Origin: Antedon mediterranea | Lineage: Eukaryota > Animalia > Echinodermata | DNA length: 64,000 nucleotides | Reading direction: 5' to 3' | NCBI RefSeq assembly: GCF_964355755.1 | Contig: NC_092674.1 | Span: 28,892,001-28,956,000, forward strand | Part shown: piece after piece, positions 12,791 through 26,433 of the stretch | Numbering within the stretch: position 1 is the stretch's first letter | Layout: each line of letters starts with the position of its first letter | Made by a program: the position numbers and the translations under genes | Notes under the pieces: model-generated | The model's input: the letters and a program-made list of their open reading frames with translations, nothing else | What the model was told of the DNA's origin: nothing | Database searches by the model: none

Positions 12791-12799
12791 CCCTTACAA

Positions 12800-12947
12800 A
12801 AAACGACGCAACGCAAGGACGTAACGCAACGTAAATGGTTTGACCAATCACAAGCGATGGATTATTCGAACTGTCGCTTGTCATTGGTCAACTCGCTTGC
12901 GTTGCTTCTACGTCCTTACGTTGCGCCCTAGTAGTAAGAACCAAGCT
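12800..12947. mobile_element. MITE family B copy (left end truncated)
   Basis: CGCAACGCAAGGACGTAACGC...GAACCAAGCT matches family B. Confidence 0.8.
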
Positions 12948-13227
12948 TTATATTCTAAAATGTGGTTCAGGGCGGATCCATGATTTCTGAAAGTGGAGCG
13001 CTATAGGGGGTGAAACGTGGGCCGAAAATAGAAATCGCATGTGGAGAATTCCCTATAAGCCAGATGTGTCTGTGTTTTACTGCAACTACAATAGATAATC
13101 ACATTCTATTTATAGACAATGGCAACGATTTTACCAATTTCGTTGAGGACAAACACACAAAAAACAGGAATCTAAACAAACATGTCACATTAAAAAGACT
13201 TTTGAGCATTGTATACTGTATGTATTA

Positions 13228-13633
13228 AGCTATGTCTACACTATCAAACTCTATGTGACAACAAAATGTGATGTGACGTATGCTATATTTGTAAACATCC
13301 TTGTTTTGAACATTTACATTTTACGAGTATCCCCCTTTTCACTCCTTTTTTTAAAACATTGTAAATATTGTTGGGTTTGTATTGTGATTAAAGTTTTTTT
13401 AAATTTCTGTTATAAATGAAAAATAAAAACAAATATATATGTAAGACAGGTGCAATATTTATACCTGATTAGTTTTTATCCTGTATAGGCCTAAGTATGT
13501 TTTTAATACGTAAATAATATTATGTAAATAAATAAATATGGACATGATGATGTCATATCACTACCATATTTCGACATCTTACTAATTTGGGCACTTTTTT
13601 TTGTCAAACTAGTTTGATAGTGTAAATAGAGCT
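13228..13633. mobile_element. MITE family A copy interrupted by a ~250-bp AT-rich insert
   Basis: Left TIR at 13228, then the core resumes at ~13535 with the right TIR ending at 13633. Confidence 0.7.
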
Positions 13634-13845
13634 TTAGGCTATTCCTGTGTATGACCAAAATAATAGTTAGTAACTTGATTCATGTTTTTGTAATAATATA
13701 CTATCTATCAGGTATACTAATTAAAAACATTACTATTTTTGTACAATCTTGATGTTGTATCAAATCAATGTCGCAATGCAATCTAGTTAAATTATTTTTA
13801 GACGACGTGCGTCCTGTGTTTTCTCTTTCAAAAGGTCTCCATATT

Positions 13846-14445
13846 CAAAACGAAAGGCGTCAACATTCTGACGATTCACAACGAAATGCGTCAACATTCT
13901 GACGATTCACAACGAAAATCGACAACATTTGGACGATTCACAACGAAATGCGTCAACATTCTGACGATTCACAACGAAAATCGTCAACATTTGGACGATT
14001 CACAACGAAATGCGTCAACATTCTGACGATTTACAACGGAAAACTACAACATCCTGACGATTCACAACGGAAAGCGTCAACATTCTGACGATTCACAACG
14101 GAAAGCGTCAACATTCTGACGATTCACAATGGAAAGCATCGACATTCTGACGATTCACAGCGAAAAGCGTCAACAATCTGACGATTCACAACGGAAATCG
14201 TCAACATTCGGACGATTCACAACGAAATGCGTCAACATTTTTACGATTTACAATGAAAAGCGTCAACATTCTGACGATTCACAACGAAAAGCGTCAACAT
14301 TCTGACGATTTACAATGGAAAACGTCAACAATCCGACGATTCACAACGGCAAGCGTCAACAATCTGACGATTCACAACAAAAAGCGTCAACATTCTGACG
14401 ATTCACAACGAAAAGCGTCAACATTCTGAATCAACATACGATTCA
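13846..14445. repeat. Minisatellite, 31-32 bp unit, ~18 copies
   Basis: Unit TCAACATTCTGACGATTCACAACGAAAAGCG, head-to-tail with no spacers. Confidence 0.95.
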
Positions 14446-17400
14446 CGTTCCACCTCCCCATCCCACTAAAATATTATTATGATTATGATTATGAGAACAT
14501 GTTCCGAATATGAGCACTGCTTCAATAATTTAACAGTTATTATAATATATACATGCACTGATAAGGGCTTCGCTACTTTATGGTTTTATTTAACTTTATC
14601 GTTTTGATTTGCTTTTCCATTGAGATCCAGTCACTGATAACTATTTTCAGTAATTTGCCTTTGGATTAATAATATACGGTAGGCCTATACATAATATATA
14701 TAGATAACTGTGCATGGCCTGTTTTATGTCAAGCGTTGGTATCCCCTATTATAATCTCTCTCACTATACATATAAAATAAAATATATCGATGAGGTTCGA
14801 ACTCTTGTTGTTCGAAAAAAACACTATAAACCAACATTTCCGCCAAATAACTTTTGATCGAGTGGCCCTGCCCATCTTTGCTGACCACAAAAAAACAAAA
14901 CTGTAAACACTCATCATATATGCCAATACCGGATTTTATATATTTTACAAGGTAATGTGTCAAGAACAGGAACAAAAGATTTTGTTTAACAAATCCAGGG
15001 ACGTATACCAGCTAGGTCAGTGGCGTGTTTTGTGAATGTATACCACAATTGCAAATTGTGGTAGCCTATACGAAATAAGTTTCTTAACCATAAACTAGAT
15101 GCTTAATACTAGGCTTATAGCGATTTTATTTTATTCATGCTCATGTTAATTAACAATTCCCTGCTCAGACGGTAATAAAACACTGTAATAATTATTAATA
15201 ATAAATATAAGGCCTGTCCCAGTGACTAATTACTAATCTATTTACAGAACGTATGATCAATTCTTAATCATCCTAATGTAATATAATGCTTCTGACGTAT
15301 AAGTCATTTAGGCCTATAGGCTACAGGTGCCGAAGAAATAATTAGAATAATTGAGGGTGAGTCAATACAGTACCATAGTTTGTATGTTTTGGACTCCCGG
15401 TACTGTTAGCATATCTATTATTTTATTCCAGTATCATGATAGTGTCACATGTATCACATGTGATGTTTGTATCATAGTCGACCTAACACTAAAACATAAC
15501 CTTCCACAATTCAGGCATTGTACAAGCTGTATTACTAAATTTACCATGATAAGGAACATTGTCATCACATGTATCACAGTGATATATATATCATATCTAA
15601 CCCTTCCATGATACAGGTACAACATGTGATGTATATGATTATATGGAATTACGAAATGTACCTATGATACGGAACAAATACTGTATCACGTAGTTTACTC
15701 ATCAACATGAATAACTAATGTTTCGATAGCTAATGACATCGTTTTTTGAAAAAAAAACATCATGATTGATTTTTATACATGCATTTGCGCGAGATAATTC
15801 CAACTGGTCACAGTCATAAATCCATATATTGTTTTAAAACATAACAGTGCAGACATAAGCATTGGTACTGGTACTGGTATAGATGACGAGTTGTACTGAA
15901 TTGATGGACGGGCCTATTTAATTATAGATCCCATATCATGTTTTTCCGGATTATTATTCGATTATCAAAAATAGTAATACAATATAGGCCTAGTCTAACA
16001 GTAACAATATACGGACTTATTATAGTGCTGTGGTGTGTAATGTGTAAAGGTAGAACATGTATACAAAGCTCAGAAGAGCAAGCCCCACACCACGCAAATT
16101 ATTAGTGCTTCTCGATCGTTTCCTGGATCCCATGGGTAGGTCTATCATTTTTAAATTCTGCTTGGGATCACCATCAGTGTTAATTAATTTTTGTACACGT
16201 TCAATTAATCGCAGTATTATAAAAACAGGGAAGATTGAAATTTGTAATTTAACTTCCCTGATAAAAATAATCAACAGTACCGATAAATAAGTATTAATGC
16301 CTATTATGTCTTAAAATATGTTGTTTCCATATATTTAAACGCAAATTGATCCATTTTTTCTCCCGTTGTTTTTCTCAACCAGCCCAAACGTTTCCTTTGC
16401 GAAAACCAGACAAGAAATACTATTGACAAATAACAGGAAATATTTACGTTATGAAACAATTCGACCTTATACCTGTATGAGGTCAATTTATTCTGAATCC
16501 ATAACCAACCTTCACTTGTGTAAACTCGATTAATTTCGGGACGTGGACGTGGACTTTATTTTGTTTAATCACAAAATGTAAATAAATTAATTTTATGTTT
16601 TATTTAAAAATACACATATCATTCATTCATTCATTATATCATAACAAAAAACAAATACTGTACTTAAATAATAGTTAATGGTTTTAAATTTATATAGCGC
16701 AAAATACAAACAGTCTCTATGCGTTATTTAGCACAAGTGTAAAAATGAAAAAGTTGATGAAAATAAACCATGAAAAGGTCTAATAAACCGAATAAATTGA
16801 CCAATTAAAGACAAATACTATAGTTATATACTATACGTTATCAGAATAAATATAAAATTACCCTATTTATGGTGTAGTTTTGGCTCCTTAACAATGGTTT
16901 CATTATGTTCGCGAGGGGAAGGGAGGGGGAGGTGGGTTACTCCCTTTACATACGCCACTCTCAACTTAACACCACCCATATATATTTTAAGATTCTATAG
17001 CATCCCATAATAAGTAAGCCTGGATTTAGGCTTGTGGCCCTAGTATATCTCTTTGAGAGAATTCATTTTAAACAATTTATATACTGTATTATTCATTATT
17101 ACTATCCTGCGTGGCACTGAAATAAAGCTAGTATATATTATTTTGTTATATAAAAAAATAATATTGTAAAATATGCAATATGGCAGAAATTCGCATTCCT
17201 GGAAATGTTAGCTATTATATTATATTGTGGGTGGACTATTCAAAATGACAACAAATAGCATAGCATAAAAATGTCAGCTGATATTGTCATAAAACATATG
17301 ATTATCTGTCGTTTCTTTCTCATTTTGTTTCACGGTGCATGGATAGATTCCCGTTCAGCCCATTGCGTAGGCGAAAGTAGCTTGTTAAATTAAAATAGCT

Positions 17401-17569
17401 TTGATAATTAGCCTACAGTAAGCCATGCTATCCTAGATATAATATGGAAGATTTATTGGGTGTCACGTTGGCGTTGTTAAATCTAGGATAAGGGTTAACA
17501 TTTTAAACAATGAAATCAAATCAACAATTATTAAAATGGATTGTTTGAGAAATGGAATAGAGTGTAACA

Positions 17570-17720
17570 CACGGAGCGCCGTCCGACACACGGAGCACCG
17601 TCCGACACACGGAGCGCCGTCCGACGCACTATACCTTGTAATTACAACGTTCACTCTGTACAAAAACTATGGTTTGTAAGCAGAATGTGTGGGGTATCGG
17701 ACGGCGCCGCGCCCCGTAGA
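17570..17720. repeat. 3x 19-bp GC-rich direct repeat with a downstream inverted copy (small MITE-like remnant)
   Basis: CACGGAGCGCCGTCCGACA x3; TCGGACGGCGC at ~17697. Confidence 0.6.
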
Positions 17721-19561
17721 AACATGCATGCTTTTGAGTCAAATGTTCATTTTTAAAGCTTAATTAAGCACGAATTACACACATTTTTTTACTAACAAAT
17801 GTACCTGCCCCAGAGCGGGTACTCTCCTTGCAGCTAGTTCCACCCCACCCACACACAATATTGTTACATTTCTCCACCCATTCTGCATTAAGAAACATTT
17901 TTAATTCACGTTTTACATCACGCATGAATAAAAGTCTACACAAGATTAGCCTATTATTGAGAAAAATGTTTTCAAAAATTTGAATTGTGTTTTGATAATT
18001 CTAGCGAAAACATATTCTAATGCAATTATTGTTATATGTCATCATTTAGTGAGGTTAAAAAAATGTATGGACATCACATGACGTCACTGAATTGTTCAGG
18101 TAGCTTAAGCGATATGTTACTGCTGACGTAAATTGTAATGTTACTGTTTGTATAAACAATATCGTTATGAGGTGAAGGAGGAAATGGGACACACGTTCTT
18201 TCCCTAGACAGAGATAGAGAGAATTATAAAACTACACAGGAGAGAGGATGAACAGCATGTAAATTATAAATAGGTTCAAAATTATTTAAATCTAAAAGTA
18301 GAGGCTTAAATATAGAACATAACAGACATGGAACCATGAAACACATAGTTCATTTGAGCTTATTACCGTTTCAACATAATATAGAACAGAATCTAAGCAC
18401 AACTTACGACACATGGAGCCACATGAGCTGGGAAGGTATCCAAACATAGCGGCCCTACTGGACTGTTTGGGTTTGATGCTGGTGTTAGGGAGGGGAATGG
18501 GGTTATGATCGTGATTCATTGTAGGCCTATAGGCTGCAATGCAATGGTTTTAAACTAAATTTGAAAAGCTGTATTTGCTTGTCTAAAGGAAGAGAGAGTT
18601 GTACGTCAGTTCGTTATAATTATGTAGGCCTACATAAAGGGAGAGGTAAGGTAGGGGTGGGCCTATGCTTGTGATAGTGGGAAGGTTTTTATCCGGCATG
18701 GCGTGAATATTTTCGCTAGTTAGGGTGAAAAAGAACAGAGGGTGGGGTGGGTGGTGTAACATTCAACCGAGGCCCAATGTAAATTGTATTGCTGTCAATT
18801 ATATTATAACTACCTACATCGGTGGTACATTGACCAACTGAAAAATATAACATTGTGTACCAAAGCTGATGATACTGCGTCACATAACAGAGGCGGACAT
18901 TTATGAACTTGTTCGAATGTCCTCCGTTCCACCCCAGACAAAGCAATGAATCCGCCACTGAATAATGGTAGGCCTGTTGTTACTACTTCCACAGGGGAAA
19001 TGAAGCATCCGGCAAGAAGAAATTGTCAAATCATTGATATAAAACAGTATAGACTTTAAGGCCTATCCCGCGCGGTTAAATACTTGTAAATAGTGCTTTA
19101 TTTTGGTTTATCATTGTATATCACTGTTCAAATTAGTATGTGTTTTGAATTTTTCTAAATTAATAACTGTGATTACGACTCGTGGCATGTGTTTATTTTC
19201 TGCGAAAAAGAGATTGAACATATGTTTAGATTTTATTGTTTCCGGAATATTTGATTTTCAGTAAACATATGAAATTCATTCGTATAGTTACGAAGTTCCA
19301 AAAGGTAGGCTACATAAGGTATATTTACAAAGAAACAATAGATGTGCTAACCAACGTTCACCCTCCCACACCCCGCTTCCCCCCCCCCACCCCCTCGTTG
19401 GATCCGCCTACTAAGTTCTAAGAGTTTCTATTCTATCATTTCTAAATTTAAAAAAATAAATAATATTATTATATATTATATATCTTGTTTTAGTGCGAGA
19501 TGGTTTTTTTTGGTGCGGATTGATAAGCCTGGCTGTTTCTTTTTTGAAAGGTACGGTAAAA

Positions 19562-19599
19562 CAGTGAAAAGTGAAATTACTTAATTTCACTCTTTCCTG
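19562..19599. mobile_element. 38-bp CA..TG palindrome with a perfect 7-bp duplication (P-like excision footprint)
   Basis: GGTAAAA|CAGTGAAAAGTGAAATTA-C-TTAATTTCACTCTTTCCTG|GGTAAAA. Confidence 0.6.
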
Positions 19600-20058
19600 G
19601 GTAAAATTCTATTTTTAAATTCACTAGATTTTATCAGCCTTGTAATATGTCAATGCTAATAATTCATAATAACAATAATGATTCATTTTCAACATAACAT
19701 AATTGATTATTTCCGACTTCGCCAGTGACAACCGGCCGAATGAATCCGAGTCAAGTTCAAGGTTCCGATGTTTGTCATTTTGACCCGAAAAAGAACGAAC
19801 ATTATAAATTAGAATTAATCCGGTCGGTCAACGAATAATGATGAAGCGAAAAATTAATATGTATATAATTCATAACTGTCATGATTTTTTGGACACGAGA
19901 GTCAAAAGTTTTTCATAATTAATGCCAACAGTTATTTATAGTGGATGATACAGTAATAATACAGTCATCGGAGCAAAAAACGTCAGTATTTCCTAAACCT
20001 GCGCTTTATGACACTGATAGACGCGGTAACGCGCGCTTGCAGGTTTTGTGTCTCGTAA

Positions 20059-20190
20059 AGCTTGGTTCGCACTACGCAAGGACGTAATTGCAACGTAAGT
20101 TATTTGACCAATCACAAGCGATGGATTATTCAACATTTCGCTTGTCATTGGTCAATTCGCTTGTGTTGCTTCTACGTCTTTAGTGAGAAC
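20059..20190. mobile_element. MITE family B copy
   Basis: AGCTTGGTTCGCACTACGCAAGGACG... family B core. Confidence 0.75.
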
Positions 20191-21030
20191 GTGCAATAAG
20201 TAAGTCTTTGTTTATGTAGAGCATCTTGTGTATATGTTTGTCTTATATGTTCTAGTGCAGTATATGGAGAGCCATCTCGATAGTGCTTTGCACTCATGGC
20301 AATCCTCAGGGTGCTGCACCGCTGTATTGTCATGTATTGTTGTACCTGAAAATTGAATAAAATAAAAAAAATAAAAATAAAAAAAAGAAATATATAAAAT
20401 AATTTTACCTATATTGTATGCCTCAGAACGTCCAATCTCATTTTGTGGAAAATGAGCATTCATTCAGTTTCGAACGTAATATGCAATTACTACGGTACTA
20501 AACGAACACTTCATAATACACTCTTTAAAATATATATTTTTTTAAATTCCATCAATTTTAATTTTAATCAATACAATGCACAAACGCTAATCGAGTCAGC
20601 AACACATAATTCATGTAATATCACAATGTGAATGTACTGCATTCGACCGTTGTGTGGCTTATTCCGATAAACCATTTCAACATTATGAAACCATGGAATT
20701 AGCTATCAAATCAAACGATAAATTATACATAAGCTTAGAGTTTAACCAAGAGTTATATGCCGTGAAATTAAATTGATATTACATATCAAGTGCGGCAAGT
20801 AAAGGTTAGAGTGTGAGCTTGAGGATGAAGTTCATGTTAAGGACAAAATCAGGCAAAAGTAATGTTACCCTAACGTACGGCCAGGAGGAGGGGTTTGGAC
20901 GAGTAGGAGGGGGTAACGGCCAGGAGCGATACCTCATTCTCTGTAGGCCTACTGTATCTCCATTGTGGCATCATCTGTCCAAGCATAGGCCAATTATTTA
21001 CCATACTGTATCGAATGTGCAGCTTGTTAA

Positions 21031-21588
21031 GTTTAGGCACATTATGTAATACAGTGAGTGTGGCATAGTACCGTATTAAATGCGCAACTATTGTTAAAGC
21101 GTGGTTCCCACTAGCGACGCAACGCAAGGGCGTAAAGCGTGGTTCCCACCAGCGACGCAACACAAGGACGTAACGCAACGCAAGTGAATTGACCAACCAC
21201 AAGCCATGGTTTATTCGCTTGTGATTGCTAACTGTCTATAACTTCGCTTGTCATTGGTTAAAACGCTTGCGTTGCGTTTACGTCCTTGCGTTACGTTCTA
21301 GTGGGAACCAAGCTTAAAGCAACGCAAGTGAATTGACCAATCACAAGCGATGGCTTATTCGCTTGTGATTGCTAACTGTCTATAACTTCGCTTGTCATTG
21401 GTTAAAACGCTTGCGTTGCGTTTACGTCCTTGCGTTACGTTCTAGTGGGAACCAAGGTTAAGGTAAATTACGTAATACAGTGTGGCATAGTACCGTATTA
21501 AATGCGCAGCTATTGTTAAGGTTAGGCAAATTACGTAATACAGTGTGGCATAGTACCGTATTAAATACGCAGCTATTGTTAATGTTAG
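21031..21588. mobile_element. Tandem family B MITEs (~21098-21313, ~21318-21459) within a 3-copy ~59-bp direct repeat
   Basis: The repeat TTAGGCAAATTACGTAATACAGTGTGGCATAGTACCGTATTAAATGCGCAGCTATTGTTAA occurs at ~21033, ~21460 and ~21522, with the MITEs between copies 1 and 2. Confidence 0.8.
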
Positions 21589-23189
21589 GAGTCTATGACA
21601 CACGCCCATGTGACACTATATTTACATAATTTATATTTACAGTAGGCCACACCGCCCTACCGAGAATCGGTTAAGGATCGGACAAAACATTAACGACCAG
21701 GAAGACGGCGGGGCGCTCACGAGAGAGTGGGACGCGCACGAGAAGGTGGGGTGCGCACGAGTGTATTGTAGGCTTACAACTATTAAAGGCCTATAATAAT
21801 ATTTACTACTTTTGCATTACGGTACTGTATCTATTGTATCTATTGTTTAATTATAATTATGACTACGATCATCCTAAACACAATTTCATTATTCAATAAC
21901 AAATACATTATGCAAAGATATTATATTTATTGTCACGCATTTCGGAAGTGATCAATAATTGTGTTTGTTATATCGCATTCCTAATAAGAAGTGCAAATAA
22001 AAAAATGTCACAGAAAGTCTCGGATGTGGTTGCTTACGATTTAAAAATAAGTTCAACTGTTTACTACAATACTAATCTTACCCCTCCAAAAAAAGAACGT
22101 TTTATTTATGTTATGTTATTTATTAATCTGTTTTTATTATTAGTCAAATCAACACAAGTCATTCGCAGCCTATCTGTCATACGTTATTTAAGATGATCAT
22201 AAAGAACAAACGTGAAGACAGATGAAGATAAACCGGATTCGAAACTTCAACAACATTACGTACGTCTTTACGTAGATCGTACAATAACAAGAAACACGAA
22301 AATATAATATGTCAGGATATTTTGTAAAAGTGTATACGGTGTAAAAGACACGTGCTTGTGATATAGCCATATGACATCAGCATATACTTGGAAAATAGTA
22401 TTCCATAACAATTAAATATTTGATGGTTGATAGTAAGGGACGGATCTAATTGAATTGCTTTATTTTTTATAAACAGAAATAAATAGAAATATACATTTTG
22501 AAATTCTTTTTATTATAATGATTCTCTATTGAAAGTAATAATTTTTACGCTATTTTATATTTTTGTCAATTGTTCTTTTTTGCCCCTTTAAATCTTTTTT
22601 TTTTCACGTTTCATTGTTATAGATTATATTTCTATCTTTGCTGCAATTGAAGGAAATTAATGTTTATTTTCATTTGATTTATATGTAAATCCAATGCACA
22701 TTATGTTTTGTTAAAGATATATTGTCCCCCTGAAAAAAATATTTTTTGGAATGTTGTTGTTGAATATGCTATTTTAATGTCACATAATACTATTTATAGT
22801 TATTCACTTTTTTTTACCAAACATTGGATCGAAAATGTACTGTATTTACCCGAAACTGTAATTTAAAGCAAACAAAAAGTCAAATTGACTGGAAGTTTAT
22901 GGTTGAATTATTAACCGTTTATGTCTTGTTATAATTGAAAACCGTATTATTTTTCTACAGAAGTGATTACAGACCTTTATCAAAACTGCAAAATGGCCTA
23001 TTCAAAGTCCTTTTTTTTTTTATTAATCTTCATTTTTCATGTTTTTGGGGAACAATACATATCTTTAATATTATTTTCCTGCTTTATAAGCAACCATTTC
23101 TGCTTTGTACCCAAAAGCTTTTGGAGGCGTGCCTTTATAACTATGCCTTTTGTTTGTTAGCTGATTTGTTATCCTTTGTTACAATTCTC

Positions 23190-23228
23190 TTCACCTGATG
23201 ATGGGCTATGCCCAAAACATGTCGTAAA
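23190..23228 (+). ncRNA. Degenerate minimal type I hammerhead ribozyme motif (Penelope-like remnant)
   Basis: TTCAC-CTGATGA-T-GGGC-TAT-GCCC-AAAA-CATG-TC-GTAAA; the GAAA core reads AAAA. Confidence 0.6.
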
Positions 23229-24567
23229 AATTAACTATATTGAGGCAGTTTTAACTTATTTGATTTTGATTTTTTTTCTATATCCTGGCTATGCAGGTCT
23301 TTGATTTATATATATATCTTTAATATTATGTACGGACATATACAATTAGACATAATGATTGTATATACATTAGTAGTGCATTTATAAAGTTATCAATATA
23401 ATAACGATATTAATGTAAAAGGAGAATAGGTCCGCCTCCTCTATCAAACGAAATATAAGGTACTACGGTCTTAATTGTTGTACTTCAAGGAATCTGTAGC
23501 CCCGGTCTCGTTTTAAGTATCAAACGGACATTGAGCCATGACCAGCAGAGAATAGTCCGAAGGCTCTTGACCCATCATTGACCATTCATGTTGAGGTCGT
23601 CAAACAGCATTATTGATTTTGGTAATTTTGATAATTTAGTCACATTATAGGTCGCAGTATTGTCAATCACGTGACAATAGGGATTAATACTGAATGGAAG
23701 ATGCCATTCAATATCTTAATCTATTCACATTGACCTTTTAATTACAATATACAGTTCCTTTTCCTAGTAATTAATTGAATAACTGTGTTAATCTGATTTA
23801 TATGAATCTATAGTTATAGAGCATCGGAAAAAACAGGAATGACGTCACATTTAATACCTATAAAGAAGAAGCGTCCTGGTCAGTTCGATGACGTCACCTA
23901 GACATCGTGGTGTTTTTAATAGGCCTACTGCTTATTTTGAACAGTTAAATGTTTCCTGCCTCTAATTAATACTCTTACCTACAAAAACAATCTTAGCTTT
24001 AACTTATGCCCATTCTATAGAGGGAGTTTGTTTAAACAATGGATGAATCAATCAAGTATCCTAACATTGGTCAATGACCTTAACAAGTTGATAAACCAAA
24101 TAATTGTTAAGCCACACCACACCCCTTCCCACCCAATTTCATATCAACGCCCAACACAGATTTTGCGCGCGCGTGCATACCTCGATAGCCTTCTATGCTC
24201 TAGCCTATTATATACATTATGTCTCAGAAAACTGTAAACGGGATTGGATATACTTATTGAATATAACATAGACCCATCATCATACGGTATATCCTATCCA
24301 GGAAGGTCGATTGGAGAACGTCCGAGATTTTTGTAAATATTACCCGAATTACCGGATAGGCTTAACCGTTTCCAAGAACTGCATACAAGTTACGCTGAAC
24401 ATTTTGCCAATTGAAAGTCAAAATAATTTAACCGATATCAGGTTAAAGACAATTAAACAAGTCTGACAGGAGCAGTTCAGTAACCAGTTTCTATGGAACG
24501 CCGTTAACGCAACATTTCGATGATATGAATTTTATGACGCGATATGTGAATGAAATGCATCGATATA

Positions 24568-24568
24568 C

Positions 24569-24607
<39 letters not shown>
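24568..24607. repeat. (TAG)n microsatellite next to a single monomer of the 43-bp satellite (24513-24565)
   Basis: Directly visible. Confidence 0.9.
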
Positions 24608-25163
24608 TGTACTGTAAATGATAACTTGTGTAAATAGTTTTGTAGTAAGTAACAACCTTGTGAAAAACACCAATTTGATGATTCAAATGTTGCATCCATT
24701 TTTAAATAAAGTTATTATTATTTTATTATTTATAATATGAATTGAATGGCGCGATAAAGAATGAAATGCGTAAACGGCGTTCCATAAGATTCTGTGAATT
24801 GAGACTATACTGTATACAGGACCGGTAGGCATTACATTCCTACGCTGGCTTTCAATATAAATTGGATTGCAATGCGTATTTAATATGATTGAGATGTGTG
24901 ATACCTTTATACACAATATCCCCAACTTGAACTAGGTTAGGGGTTGAGGTTTTAGTTGGTATTCTCTTTCAAGTATATCCACACAGTTAATTCTTATACC
25001 TGGAATCTTAAAGGCGGATTTATATTTCAACTTCCTGTTTAAAATTGAAAATTTCACTCGACAATATGAAACGCGTGTAAAGGTATTGTTGGTTCTAACA
25101 ACACGCGTCTACTTTCTGATAAAAAAACATATTTATATGCCTCTTATAAGTTGAATATCTTAA

Positions 25164-25551
25164 AGCACTGTCTATACTATCAAACTAGTTTGACAAAAAA
25201 AATTGTGCCCAAATATGGTAGTGATATAACATCATCATGTCCATATATGAGCACATTACATTTTTTTTCTCACGTAAAGTTTGATAGTGTGGACAGAGCT
25301 TAAACAAGCGGTTGTTCTTATTCTGTATTGTTTACAACACAGATAGAAAGACAGACAAGGTAACTATTGATTTGATTTCCGTTCTGAAACATAACTAAAG
25401 TCCTGTCAAACTGTATGTGACAAAAAAAATATGATGTGCCCATATATTGATATGATGATGTCATATCACTACCATATTTGGGCATCAACTACAAATTTGG
25501 CCATATAAAACTTGTTTTTGTCAAACTTATAGTTTTATAGGTAACAGAGCT
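25164..25551. mobile_element. Two MITE family A copies (25164-25300, ~25399-25551)
   Basis: Family A TIR and core. Confidence 0.75.
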
Positions 25552-26128
25552 TTAGCGGCATTCACAGCAATCAAACGAAAAAGGCAATAAATTCGCAAGT
25601 ACGTAAAAACAAATCTGATGCCGTGACTACAATATCGAACTTTGGCGTAGTTACAGAAGCTGTTGCAACGTCGCTTAAGCATGCACACTGTTCTCTCAGC
25701 GTATCATATAAAGTTAACATTACGGTCAATTACCGTAACAATTACCCCTGATCTATGATAAGTAAGCTAAACTATCAATCACATTTTTAAATTGAAATTT
25801 AATTGAATGATCTTTGATTTAATATTTCAAGAGATTTAAAATAATTGAAATGAAATACGCTAGAATCACAGCATATTCCGCCTAGTAGATGATTAATCCA
25901 GCATACGTATGTAGGAGGTGGGCTCGCGGGCATGAACACCATTTCACCAGGTACATACGGCCGTGGCTATGCGAGTAGGCGTCATGTTAGGCCAAGTGGA
26001 CTCTGGGTCAAGAGGAATTACCATTTCGTACGGGCTGCAATTTTAAACTCGTCAGTGACGGATCTGGACTTTGATTTACAGTAGTAAAGGGGCGCTGACG
26101 ATTGTGAATATGAGCTGATAAACAATTG

Positions 26129-26433
26129 CGTAGATAAGTTGGGGAATCCTCGTGAAACGTCACAAAATATATATGAATATTCATTAGTAATATCCATAAT
26201 GTATGATGACGTGAGAATTGCGCTAACTACAATTCGCCAATGCAAACTCGAGCAGTTTGTGTAGTCGAGTCGATTAGACTATGTTAGTTTACATGTCGAT
26301 GTATGGGGTTCGAATCCCATGAGCAACTTCTTTTTACTTTATAGTGAGAGAGGTTATTTAGAGGGTTAGGTTTAGCTATATTTAGAAAATAGTTTGGCTA
26401 TCTTTCAAATAAGGGATCCCCAACTTATGTACG
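26129..26433 (+). mobile_element. Inverted-repeat-bounded element containing a tRNA-derived segment (~26262-26327)
   Basis: CGTAGATAAGTTGGGGAATCC / GGATCCCCAACTTATGTACG inverted repeats. Internal A-box-like TAGTCGAGTCG and B box GGTTCGAATCC, but no intact cloverleaf. Confidence 0.5.

Noticed and set aside
12613-12816. Poly-Tyr/Cys ORF (also 24491-24695)
   Set aside because: Translation of (TAG)n microsatellites
13846-14445. CRISPR array (31-32 bp repeats)
   Set aside because: Units are head-to-tail with no unique spacers, there are no cas genes, and the context is eukaryotic. The same applies to the 43- and 62-bp arrays.
26262-26327. Functional tRNA gene
   Set aside because: A/B boxes are present but the acceptor and anticodon stems do not pair; it is a tRNA-derived repeat fragment
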